From positions 10,540,001-10,604,000 of the forward strand of contig NC_134028.1 in the NCBI RefSeq assembly GCF_964204645.1: 64,000 bases of DNA, in the 5' to 3' direction. The notes under the pieces are model-generated. The model did not search any database and was not told the DNA's origin. It saw only the letters and a program-made list of their open reading frames with translations. The DNA is from Tubulanus polymorphus. Lineage: Eukaryota > Animalia > Nemertea. This document shows positions 51,215 through 63,231 of this stretch, piece after piece; within the stretch, counting starts at the first letter, position 1; the number at the start of each line of letters is the position of its first letter. The translations under genes were made by a program, and so were the position numbers.

Positions 51215-54070
51215 AAATATAACTGCAAAGCAGCGATTACGGGTTTTCTGGATGCATGTGATCGAAAGGAAAAATTAATTACCGGGTATTCGATGGAAAA
51301 AATAAAATGAGATGATTTGGATATTATCGGAGCAATCCTCTTTTTGGTTGAATGGTCTAACCCCAGTATAGTCCCCCGTGATTTGGAAATTCTCGGAGCC
51401 CTCCTTTATTTACTTACTAAACGACGTCACAAACTGTTATTTCGCCGGCGCTTGTTGTCTAACAATTCAATTCAATTATTTATTTACAGTAACCTAATAA
51501 GTAATTTTAAGTTTCAAATAGGATGGAAAGTACATTCAGACAATCTGTTGGTTCAGAGAGACCGTATCAATTTATACATTTCGTTTCGAAGCTGTCAGTT
51601 GCCGAATCTGAATGAAGATGAATTTTATTTGACGAAATCGGCGGAAAATATATAACAAGAGCCCCAAGGGGCACAATGGCCAGCCTGTCAGATTTGCTTT
51701 TTATAAATGATGTAATCTGTGGGTTATATTTATCAATATACACTCCCTGCTCAATGTCATTTACATAGTACAATCGTGTGTTAACACAGACAGCAGGAGC
51801 GAATGTAATATATAAATACTAAGTTATTGTATTGTTCAACGCCCCTGGTGGCCATATACAAAAACCAATGAGCTTGAAACTCACCTCAATCATAGACCAT
51901 GTCATTAGCTACAACTTTCCAATTAATTATGGTAGCAAAATATGCATAGGTACGAATGTAATATAGAAATACTAAGTTATTGTATTGTTCAATGGTGGCC
52001 ATAAACAAAAACCAATGAGCTTGAAACTCACCTCAATCATAGAACATGTCATGAGCTACAACTTTCCAATTAATTATGGTAGCAAAATATGCTTAAGTAT
52101 CAAAATGATGTGGCAAAACTTTTTTTCCACCTATGAATGAGTACTGATGACCCCAAGATGGCCGCCAATTGCGTCATAATTGCCTGGTCAAAAATAGCCT
52201 CTCGGATATGAAAGATCCTTTTCCAAAGAATACCCATTACAAATTGCAATGAAAAATGGCACACCATTAGAAAGCTACAGGACTCGGAATTCAGGCCAAA
52301 ATTAACATTTTTGGGAACAAAAAAGGTCACAGGACGGCCATCTTGAGTCCGATCGACCCAATTTTTCTCATGCCGATGGGCCCTTGGGGGATACAAATAT
52401 ATACGAATGATCAAGGTTATTGATAAAAGTGTCTTCAAAATTTCCCTCGAAAACTTCTAAAATGTGTAAAAAGTGCTGATTTTGGCGAACAACAATGGCT
52501 GCCAGTCGGCCATCTTGAATCTGACAGGGCCAGTTTTTGGCCTGAAGATGTGTCTAGGGTAGATACACGTATAAACCAAATATCAAGACATTACCTTGAA
52601 GCGTCTTCAAAACTTTGGAACTCTCATGAACTATCTAGATGGTTATCTCTCGACTCAATAGATTCAAGACCCATCTCAAAACAACTTTGTTCCATGCAGC
52701 ATACCATTAACTCTCGGAAAGCGAATTGGATTTAACATTTTTTTGGGCAGAATAAAATTTGATTGAATTTGCAATTCGAGCACATGGCTAATTAGCATAT
52801 CAAGTTCATACACTCGATTTGGGAAAAGAAATTTTTTGCGAACCTTGCGCAATTGTCAAGGATGAATTTTCTGTAGAGCAAATAAAAATTCCTCCCAAAC
52901 ACCAAATCAACTAAAGATTTCATAGAAATCGATCTTGAAATACGATTTTAAATCTTAAAATAAAACCCGGAAGTAAAACAATAGACGATACCGCGGGTTC
53001 ACGTGAACACCTGATTTCTGTAAACGAAATGTTGGTTGTGACAAAATTGTTCAGACGGTTTTAGGTGGTAATAAGTACTTATTCGATGAAATCAGGCCTA
53101 TGTGATATCCAAATTTTGACTTTTTTATTCTCCAGACCTCCCTGATATAGAAATAAAAAATTTGGTGGTACGAATAGTGCAATCACAGCGCCGACGGCGA
53201 CAGAGCCGTGTTAGAGATCGGCGGAGTGAAAATTGCGGAGGTGGACGAACACGAAGAAGTAGGCTATTGAGCTACTTGAATCGCGAAAACTCCTGGCGCG
53301 GCCCCGACGCTTTTCGTTGATTAAGTAGTACAAATATCAAGCAATGGGTTTTCACAATCTACCGCCGGTGTTTACCGGATTTCAATATCACTCCAAAATT
53401 CAAAGAAACCTCGAAATATCGAACCGCAACACTTTCGGTAGATATCCGCAGCTGCCCAACCGGGAAACTTATTTGTTGATAGCATCGATAGGATCCATCA
53501 TCTTCTCCCGTCAAGGGATTCGAACCCACTAAGCTAAAGCCGTGCCAGAATCGGGTCGGGCCAATCACAGCGCTTGTAACAAACCACATTAGGCTTCTGT
53601 GGAATTTCCCAGTAAATGGGCCAATCAGCGAACACGTAGCGAACGCGGAAGTATTGTCGCGTGTTGATACATGACGTCATGCGCAAAAGCGCCAGTAATG
53701 AAATCACGATAATTCACGTGAACAGCTGCTGATATTTTTAGATAAACCAATCACAGGGAAGACACAACTTCCTGATTGGCTGATAAAAATTGAAATTTTC
53801 CCGATTTTATTTTCGTGAAAAATGCAGAAAACATTTTTATGAAAGCCTATTTCAAAATTCTGCTCGCTACGATTCCGAGAATGGATTACGCTTAAATACG
53901 TGATTTGTTCGAATATGCCCTCACTTGGCAAGCAAAAGAGCCTTTTGTGTGGAAACCATGTCATTTAAATTCGCTCCATTTGTATAGTAATAGGCTCAGC
54001 CTACGGCTGGCCTAATAATAATAATCAACAGAATTTCAAGAGGGTTTTCGACGAAAGTCAGAAAACCCTA
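51215..54070 (-). mobile_element. Composite Helentron/Helitron2-type insertion within pPolB
   Basis: Minus strand begins TTAGGGTTTTCTG and ends CAGAAAACCC...GCTGCTTTGCAGTTATATTT (asymmetric IR plus 3' hairpin); removal rejoins the pPolB frame. Confidence 0.75.
51654..52625 (-). mobile_element. Nested Helentron-associated element (family of 30396-31604)
   Basis: Reverse-complement match to 6650-7300; end hairpin GAGCCCCAAGGGGC next to AACAAG. Confidence 0.8.
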
Positions 54071-55373
54071 ATGAAAATGATTTTTCAGATGAACCACCAA
54101 AAACAAATACAATTAAAAAGTTTCATCAATCAGCTGCAGCTTTCGGATTATATATTAAATCTGATTATCCAGAACTAATTGAAAGTGAATATTATCATTA
54201 TAGAAATGAAAATGTTATCAATCATTTTTGTGACTTATTAATTGAATATGAAATAAGATTTAGTAAATCATTGAATACAAATAATGAAATTATAATGACA
54301 GAAGATAAAGAAGCATTTGAGTTTACAGATAAATGTTATTATTGTGAAAAGATATTTAATTATAAAGATAAAAAAGTAAGAAACCATGATCATTTGAACG
54401 GAAAGTTTAGAGGCGCTGCGCATGAGAATTGTAACTTACAAGCTAAGAAAATTAACTTTGTACCAGTTATATTTCATAATCTATCAGGATATGATGCACA
54501 TTTATTTATCAAACAGTTATGTCATAAAATAGAAGAAATTAATAATGAAATAGAAAGATTAAATTCAAATAGATCAAAAGATAAAATACCAACTTATAAA
54601 TTTAAAATGTTAGCTAAAACATCTGAGAATTATATATCATTCCAATTTGGGTGTTTAAGATTTATAGATTCATATAGATTTTTAAACAGCTCATTAGATA
54701 ATTTATTAAAAAGTTTAATCGATGATGAATTAAAGATATTAAAACAACACTACCCAAATAATGATGATTTCCAATTAATGAGATATAAAGGCGCAATTCC
54801 ATATTCATTTTATAAATCACATAATGATTTTAACATAAAAACTAATAACATAACTGATGATTTAAAAATATTAAAACATCATTTTGATTTTAGTAACTAT
54901 CCTAAAAATCATGAATTGTTTAGTAATGATAATAAAAAGCGACCCGGGAAGTTTAAGGATGAATTAGGTGGCGAAGAAATGATTGAATTCATTGGTATTA
55001 GATCTAAAATGTATTCATATAAAACTGAAGAACATGAAGCAAAAAAGTTAAAAGGAATTACTAAAAGTGTAGTAGAAAAGAATATTCATTTCAAAGATTA
55101 TATCAATTGTATATTCAATGAAGAAGTTAGAAAACATAAGATGAGATGTTTAAGATCAGAAGATCACGAAATGTTTATTGAAGAAATTGAAAAGATTAGT
55201 CTAAACCCATTTGATGATAAAAGATATATTTTAGATGATGGAATTCATACAGTTGCTTATGGTTGTAATTTAGATGAATATCTAAAATTTAAAAGAGAAG
55301 AAACAAAAGAGAACGAGATAATAAACAGGATTCTAACGTGTTAATCAAATTTTAATAAAAACATGTTATTAAA

Positions 55374-55727
55374 ATGGAGAGTAAACAAGCACACAGTGAG
55401 AACAACAAATTATTTCTAGATAGAATAAAAGATACTTCAAATGTCAAATCAGTAGATTATAAATTTAAGAAGTTAAAAGAATTAATAATCCATAAGAAAT
55501 ATCTAATTACAAATATTGATACAGTTACTAACAAATATGGAGATAAATTACTTATACACTTAGAATATGAAGGATTAAAAGGAAATATATATAAATTCAG
55601 AACATATTTACCGGATAGATTTCATAGATTATCAAGTGAAGATTTAGAAGAATTATGTTCCGGTGATTTCTATTTCGTATACAAAGGTAAGAATGAAAAA
55701 GGGCACCATGAAATAGATTTCGAATAA
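55374..55727 (+). CDS. Small viral protein, paralogue of 49584-49910 (possible OB-fold)
   Basis: Intact 117 aa ORF directly downstream of pPolB. Confidence 0.6.
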   Translation: MESKQAHSENNKLFLDRIKDTSNVKSVDYKFKKLKELIIHKKYLITNIDTVTNKYGDKLLIHLEYEGLKGNIYKFRTYLPDRFHRLSSEDLEELCSGDFYFVYKGKNEKGHHEIDFE

Positions 55728-55741
55728 AATGTGTAAAATAA

Positions 55742-56450
55742 ATGGCGGAATTAAAAGAATACAGAATATTTGTTGATTCAAGAAAACTTACAAATTATAA
55801 ATCACATAATTTATTAGTTCAATTAGATAGAGAATATAAAAATTTGCGTAGATTTAAAATTAGTTAATATAAGTTTATGTAATTCTTTTTACAATATATC
55901 GAATAAAACTATTGAACATAATACTTTTTTAATTCATATTAGAAATGTAAATAAATGGTTTCATCTAATTTTAAAACCAGGATTATATAACTTAGAAACA
56001 TTATCTCAAGAAATTAATCGAAGAGCACGGTTGAAAATTAGAAAAGATGATAAATTTTTAATTAGATTTATAAAAAGTGATAGCACAAATAAAATTAAAA
56101 TAAAGGTATTTGATGAAAGTCAACATGCATTTATAGTAAAAAAACCATTAGCTAAATTGCTAGGAATTGCACCAGATGTTGTTACAGTAAACGTAGAAGG
56201 CATTTCAAATATAATACCTTTTACACACTTTTATATTTATTGCAATTTAATTGATCCTACAAAAACATTTGAAGCAACTAAAGATACAACATGTAATTCT
56301 AGTATATTAAATATTTTACCATTGAAGAATGTTAAACAATTTGGAGCGCAAATAAATTATAATTTAGCCGAATGTGATTTTAAACCTTGTATTCCTCAAT
56401 TTAACAATTTTAAATTAGAAATCACAATGGATACTTAATTGATTTGAATA
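55742..56450 (+). pseudogene. Minor capsid protein, copy 2 (frameshift near 55840, 3' deletion)
   Basis: Homologous to 39810-40568. Confidence 0.75.
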
Positions 56451-56501
56451 ACTGTTGGACCGAGCATATGTTTTGGATTTGATTTTAAACGTGAGAAGGA
56501 A

Positions 56502-56735
56502 ATGAAATTTAACATTACTGATGTAATTACACATATCAAAAATATTGTATTTTCTAATGAAACAACATTTGAGTATGAAAAAAAAACAATAGATAAAGAA
56601 ACGTTAAATGTAGAAAAGATTACTAATTTAATTAGAGAATCTTTAAGATTTTATGAATTAGATGAAGATTTTATCATCGATGATATTAAAAAAATAATAT
56701 TGAAATATATACAAATGAAACTAGTAATGAAATAA
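56502..56735 (+). CDS. Hypothetical viral protein
   Basis: Conserved with ~40646-40940. Confidence 0.55.
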   Translation: MKFNITDVITHIKNIVFSNETTFEYEKKTIDKETLNVEKITNLIRESLRFYELDEDFIIDDIKKIILKYIQMKLVMK

Positions 56736-56800
56736 ATGTTGAATTAATCATCACTGAGATAACTAAATATTTTGAAGATAGTAATTTTTTTGATAAATAA

Positions 56801-57022
56801 ATGAGTGATAATAAGTGGATAATAACTGGATTATATAATGGGGCATTACTATCAGTTGGACCTGTTGGTTATTCAATGTTATTAAAAAAAGTATTTAAAA
56901 TGGGAAGTGTTAATGTTGATAGATTTGATATAAATGATATTTTAAAATTAACGTTAGCAGTTACTTCATCTAATTTAACTATTGATTATTTAGAAAAACA
57001 AAAATATATTCCTCCTATATAA
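56801..57022 (+). CDS. Small hydrophobic viral protein
   Basis: 73 aa, TAAATG start, conserved with 40945-41165. Confidence 0.7.
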   Translation: MSDNKWIITGLYNGALLSVGPVGYSMLLKKVFKMGSVNVDRFDINDILKLTLAVTSSNLTIDYLEKQKYIPPI

Positions 57023-57045
57023 ATACATATTTTTTTGCTAAATAA

Positions 57046-57468
57046 ATGGCATCTGCAATTATAACTATTATAGGATCGGCAATTGTTAACGCTTTAGCAT
57101 TTACTGGTGGTGGTTATTTATTTAAGCATATTGATAAAAATAGTTCATTAGGAGATCAAAGAAGACATAACTTAGCGTTAGAAAAATATAATAAAGCTGC
57201 AGAAGAATACAGAGAAAAGAGACAAAACTATATGGATTATATCAACAAGGAATTATATGATCAGAAAATTTCACACAGAGATTTTCAATCAGTTGATGAT
57301 GCAATGAGTTCATATAACGCAGTAACCAATAAAGAAAAATTACATCTACATAAACCTACAATATCAGATTATTATACCCCAAGTAATGAACAGAAGAAAT
57401 ATGAAATAATTTGGATTTTAGGGGGAACAGTTATTGTTATATTTGTTGCTTATAAATTTACTAATTAG
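57046..57468 (+). CDS. Conserved small membrane-associated viral protein
   Basis: 140 aa; hydrophobic Gly/Ala N-terminus, RHNLALE coiled segment, C-terminal TM. Confidence 0.78.
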   Translation: MASAIITIIGSAIVNALAFTGGGYLFKHIDKNSSLGDQRRHNLALEKYNKAAEEYREKRQNYMDYINKELYDQKISHRDFQSVDDAMSSYNAVTNKEKLHLHKPTISDYYTPSNEQKKYEIIWILGGTVIVIFVAYKFTN

Positions 57469-57486
57469 TAATTTTTTGCTAAATAA

Positions 57487-57906
57487 ATGGATGATAAAGT
57501 TGATGGTGTTAATATTATTCCTCATGATATAAATAAAACTAAATAAAAAATATATTTAGAAAAACAAATATTAGAATTTGAAAGTAACTTAAAGATAAAA
57601 AAGAAAAAATATTTAAAAAGTAAAATTATATGTTATTTTATTATTAGTGGTTCGGTTACAATTAGTTCTGTAATAACATTTCTAGCAATATTCAGTCCAT
57701 TAACACCTTAAGCTATATCAATTGGTGTATTAGGATTATCATCAAGTGTTTTAACTGGTATAAGTTCAAAATTAAATATAAAAAGTAATAAAGAAAAAAT
57801 TAAAACTAATATAAAAGAAATTAATAAATTAAAGAATACACTAGATTATATAACAAGTTTAAATGGCCATATAACAGTTGAAGAACAAGATAAATTATTA
57901 AAATAA
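57487..57906 (+). pseudogene. Two-TM viral protein (internal stops)
   Basis: Homologous to 41632-42045. Confidence 0.7.
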
Positions 57907-57937
57907 TTAATAAATTATTAATTTTTTAATTATATAA

Positions 57938-59325
57938 ATGGCAGTTAGTTTTCTAAAAGCTTTCCAATATAATAAATCAATTAAATATAATATTCCAGCA
58001 ATAAATTTTAATACAGCATATAGAAATGAAGTTTTAGATTCATTAACTAATTTAGAAATTTATGTTACTGAAACTAATAGTTTAATGCAAAGATGGAAAA
58101 TATATTTCATGTATATTTAATTAATTTTAAAAAATTGAAAGATGAAAAACAATGTTTATTAAAATCTAATATGAAGTATTGGCAGAATCCATTAAATTTT
58201 GCTGTTTATTGTGCAACAACAGGATGTGGAATTAGTTGGAATGATCATTTCAATAATTCTAAATATAAATTAATTCAAAGTTTAATTAGATTTCATACAT
58301 ACTTTCAAATCAGAATAATATTAAATGAATTAGAGTGTGCTTTACCAGGATCTAGGTATTTTAAAGAATTAGATAATAATATTAATTTATCAAAGTTTTA
58401 TAAAACTTGTAATGAATTTAATATAGATATAAATAATTCTGATTTTAGAACAAAAATTGGAACAATAAGATCACTTCCTTGTCCTGAAAATATTTTACAA
58501 TATTGTACACTTCCCATACCATCTAATAGTTTTTATAATATCTATAATAATAAATTAGTTTATGGTAAAAAAGAAACTATGGATTTAGAAACATTAAATC
58601 TCAATAAATTGCCGAAATTTTATGATAATTTAAAACAAGAAAACAATAATGGTTGGGTTTATTTTATTTTAGAAAATAGTGAAGGTTTTACTAAAGCTGG
58701 TATACAAAGAATAAATCAATCTATTAGAACTTATTTGATATGTATTTTAGGCGCGCAAGTTGAAACAAGATCCCCAATAATTGGAAATTTTAATACATCA
58801 TTTGATACACAGAAACAATTCAAAGTATTATTTGAAGATTCCATTCATAATGATAAAAATAGATCGATTCCAGAAAACATTGTAAGATATCAAAATCATC
58901 TAGATAAATCACATATTAGATCAAATTATTGTATAGGCCCTAATCTATTCATTATTTCTAATGATTAAGTATTAAAGATGGGAAACATAATTGGTTATAA
59001 TAATCTAATTAAAACTGCAACAATAAATAATTCACTTGGATTAAATGATATAAATAAAAAGATTATTACTGCTCCAAAATTAATGGAAGGTGAAAAAAAT
59101 AAAAAACATATTCAATCAACAGAAACTAAAACTAGGAATATTAAATTAAATAATGATTCTAAACCGGATTATAATACATCAGAAAATATAAAAACTGATA
59201 ATATTCAACATGAAATAATTAAACTAAATGATGATAATAAATCCCATGAAAATACTAAATTAGCTTTAACTTGTATAGGAATTGTTATAGGAGGAATATT
59301 ATATTTTAAATTTTTGTATTATATA
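57938..59325 (+). pseudogene. Conserved Polinton-like protein of unknown function with C-terminal TM (frameshifts)
   Basis: WQNPLNFAVYCATTGCGIS, IRFHTYFQIR, GFTKAGIQRINQSIRTY; C-terminal LALTCIGIVIGGILYF. Confidence 0.75.
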
Positions 59326-59326
59326 A

Positions 59327-60744
59327 ATGGAAGTAGAAGGTGGAGATTATGAAATGGGTACCTTTAATGAACCCGGCATAACTGAAGAACAACCGCCTGA
59401 ATTTAATGATACAAGTTTCAGTAACGATAATGAAACAGCATATAATTCTAATTTAACTACACCTGAATATATTGATAAAACACGTTCAAAGATAAATATT
59501 GAAAATGAAGTAACAGAATTAACAAAAAAAGATTTAAAATATAATGAAATTATTTATAAATTCAAACCAATATTAAAAAAATCTGGATTCAATATAACAA
59601 ATAAAGGTGTGAATTATTTAGTAAAAGATTTGAAATATTTAAATTGTGATTATTATTGGCATTTGAAAGATGACTATTATTTTAAGATTTCTTCTAATAA
59701 AAGTCTCGATAAAATAATAACAAGACCAACTTTAATTAAATTAGAACAATCTAGAATTAAGAAAATCATTAATGATGTTATAACTGATGTTACAGAAGAA
59801 GAGATAACTCTAAATAGAAAAGAATTTATTCGAAGAAATGATGATTTTTTGAAAATAATTAATGAAAATTTAGAACCAGAAACAATTCCTAAAGAAGTTA
59901 TTAATTCCAAAACTAGTAAACTTAAATCAACTGAAGTTTAAACTGAAAAACTTTTACAAAATGGGTTACTTGATGCAACAGATCAAGAATTAGAAGATTT
60001 AAATATATTTTTTGATGAAGCAATTAGAGAAATTTTTAGTATACGAAAGGAAGCTGATAACATTTCTGAGATAAAATAAGAACGAGATCAAAAAATTATG
60101 TTTTAGCAGATAAATTAACTGATAACAATAAAGAAATAGAACAATTAAAGTCTGATTTAGATCATCAAGTAATTGATGAAATTGAATATAGGCAAAAAGA
60201 ATTACGTTTAGAAAAAGATGATTTAGAATATAACATAGAATTACAAAAAGAAGAAATTAAATTATTATTAAAATCATATGATTATAATATTAATAGATTA
60301 AAAGTTATTTTCAAAGATTTGTTGATAAAACCAAATTCTAAAATATCATTAAAAGATAGAACAAAATTATTATTTAAATTAGAAGGAATAACAATTCTTT
60401 CAATTCTAACAGCTGTAACTATGGTATTCACAACAATAGGTTTAGCAATATCAAATGCTTTAAAATCTACACCTACTCCAAATAAACCGGATAAACCCCC
60501 GAATGATAATAATTCTATAAAAGATAAAGTTAAGGATGGTTTAAAGAAATTAGCAAAATATTTATGGGAACTATCTAAAAAATTTGCTGCAGCTTTACCA
60601 GGAATTATTGCATCAATTGTTGGTTTTATATTGAAATCTGCTGGGAATATTCTTAACTTTGCTGCTGAACATATTATTTTATTTTTAATTACAGTTGTAA
60701 GTGCTATTATTTTTTGGTTAGTAAACATAATCAAAAATAAATAA
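59327..60744 (+). pseudogene. Coiled-coil/membrane protein, copy 2 (stops and frameshifts)
   Basis: C-terminal part near-identical to 43975-44390. Confidence 0.75.
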
Positions 60745-60764
60745 TTAATTTTTTTGTTAAATAA

Positions 60765-61997
60765 ATGAGTGGGAGTTATATAAGTCCTTCTAAGATTTCT
60801 AGAATATCTAATGCTATTAATGCAGAAAGATCACATCATATAATTACTCATAATCCTTCTAATATTAATCCCGATGAAACTTTATATGTTAGAATCCCTA
60901 GTTTAACACAAAATACTTTTTATGTTCCAAATAGAATTTATTTATCAGCCGATATAAAAGTAACCGGTAATAACAATAATTATGTTGTCGATAATGTTGG
61001 AAGATATTTGATTAAAAAATTAAATATAAAGATTGGCCCAGAAATAGTTTTCTCATTAGATGATTATAATTTATTTATGCATTATAAAGATTTATGGTTA
61101 ACTAAAGAAAATAGAAATAATATGATATTTCAAGGAATCCAATCGGAAAACCAAAATAAATTAAGATCGGGAGCTAATGACGCAATAGTAACTCGCACCG
61201 CAGATAATTTGATAAAAAAGATTTATGGAAGCAAATATAAAATTCCATTAGACTTTGAATTGATAAATAATAATGCACCTTAATATAAATACGCAATTCA
61301 AGAAGATGTTATATTAGAAATAACATTTGCTCTCGAAATGAAATTGTATTATCTAGCGTTGTTAAAGATATGGGTTATAAATTATCGAATATATGTTTAG
61401 AATATGATACAGTAACTGATGAAAATATTGCTAACACAATTCTAACTCAATACAATCATATATGATTATATTGATAAATTTAAAACTGTAACTATTAATG
61501 CAAATGATGAAATAATTAATGAGAATATTAACTTCCCAAGAAGATCTATTAAAGGTATATTGATATTTTTTACCATTGCAACATATTCTAATGGCGCAAT
61601 ACAGGTTGATAAGTATTATAATCCTGAAATAACAAAAGTAGAAATAACTATCGAAGGAATAGCAAATAAAATATTTTGTCAAGGAATGAGAATGATAGAT
61701 CAATGGCCAGAAATTAGAAAACATTTTATGAATGAAAAAGTGAAATCATCTGAAAATTGTAATATTAATCAAATTGATTATTATACCGGTTATAAATATG
61801 CATTATGGTTAGATTTTAGAACAACAGAGGATAATTCATTACATGGTTCTGGAAAAAAACTACAGAACACTAAAGATGGAATACAATTATTCATGACAAA
61901 GAAAAAAGGAAGCTTAAATTTCAAAATGCATATTTATATTATATCTGACGCACAATTAAATATTGTAAATTCTCAATTAAATAGTTTTATGTATTAG
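60765..61997 (+). pseudogene. Major capsid protein, copy 2
   Basis: Highly similar to 44443-45703; stop at 61283 and frameshifts. Confidence 0.75.
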
Positions 61998-62029
61998 AAT
62001 TTTAACTTTAATAAAAAATCTTATTTTAA

Positions 62030-63087
62030 ATGGAAGGTGGGATATATGAAATACAAACTCCAAGTGAAATGATATCAGATATATATTATATATTACCTTT
62101 TGATGAATACATTAAGTATTTTGGAGATTACTTTATTCAATTCAAATATAGAATAAGTAAAATTTGAATTATGAGAATTATGATAAGATTGAACCTGATA
62201 TCAAAACCAAAAAGACAAATGAAAAATATTGTGATGTATGTAAGAAATATATATCATATAAAAATTGGGCATCACATAAGAAATCAAAGAAACATATAGA
62301 AAAAGAAAAGAATAATAATGATAATAATATATCAGTTAGTAATATAAAAGATAATGTTAATACAACTGAAACAAATGATACCATAGATAATATAACAGAT
62401 AATGTAATAAATAATGTTAACCCAATTGAAACTAATGATAATGATATAAAAGATAATGAAATAATTGATGATTCTAAAAAACATTGTAACATTTGTGATT
62501 TAGATATCTCTAAAAGTAATTTTTCTAAACATAAAAAATCTCAAGCGCATATGGAAAATGAAAGGGTGTTAGAAGAATATGAAAAGAAATTAGAAGAAAT
62601 AGAAAGAAATAAAACGTGTCGATATTGTAATAAGAAAATTGAACCTGTTGATGAAAATACTCATTATAAATCAAAATTAAATCTAATTAATGTTTATAAA
62701 ATGGTGAGTATGATACCATTGTTAAATAACCCAAAGAAATATATCAAATATTTTAATCCTAAAACTAACCAATATTATATATTCTATAAGTAGTTATTTG
62801 ATAAATTATTAGCTTATGCAGAAGATAATCCTGAACAAATATATAAATTATTATATTTTAGAAAAATAGCTTTAAGTTATCTGATAAATAATTTTAGAAA
62901 TCATTTTGATTTTGATTATGATGATTTTGATGAATACTTAGAAAAATTAAGAGAAAAAGCTAATATACCTACTAATTATTATGTTAAGATGGCTCGACTA
63001 AAATTAATAAATATACCTAATACTTTAGATGAATTAGATATAAACAGAGATGATTTTATAAATGTATTAGAAACGAAATTAGAATAA
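62030..63087 (+). pseudogene. Multi-zinc-finger (C2H2/matrin-like) viral protein
   Basis: CDVCKKYISYKNWASHKKSKKH, CNICDLDISKSNFSKHKKSQAH, CRYC...H; frameshift near 62163, stop at 62793. Confidence 0.7.
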
Positions 63088-63195
63088 TTATTATAAAACT
63101 AATTTATATATCTATGTACTAGACGTACGTAAGAATCTTGGTAAGAATCCAAGAATCCAAGAAATCTTACTTTCTTACTCGTACGTCTAGTACAT

Positions 63196-63231
<36 letters not shown>

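Larger units (their letters stand above)
50490..55344 (+). pseudogene. pPolB of copy 2: N-terminal zinc fingers and exonuclease, interrupted by a 2.85 kb insertion; polymerase palm deleted
   Basis: C2H2 fingers, HYMWIK, CRKC, ExoI YGDFES, endonuclease VII-like CYYC...RNHDHLNGKFRGAAHENCNL, ExoII FHNLSGYDAH; HNDFN joined directly to IKTNNIT at ~54834. Confidence 0.92.

Noticed and set aside
51220-54071. TAA target duplication suggesting a PIF/Harbinger insertion
   Set aside because: No terminal inverted repeats; the ends fit Helentron structure and TAA is explained by element termini in AT-rich DNA
60282-62492. Minus-strand ORFs 60282-60734, 61431-61724, 62178-62492 (also 43385-43597, 43934-44134, 59677-59910)
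   Set aside because: Antisense shadows of plus-strand viral genes
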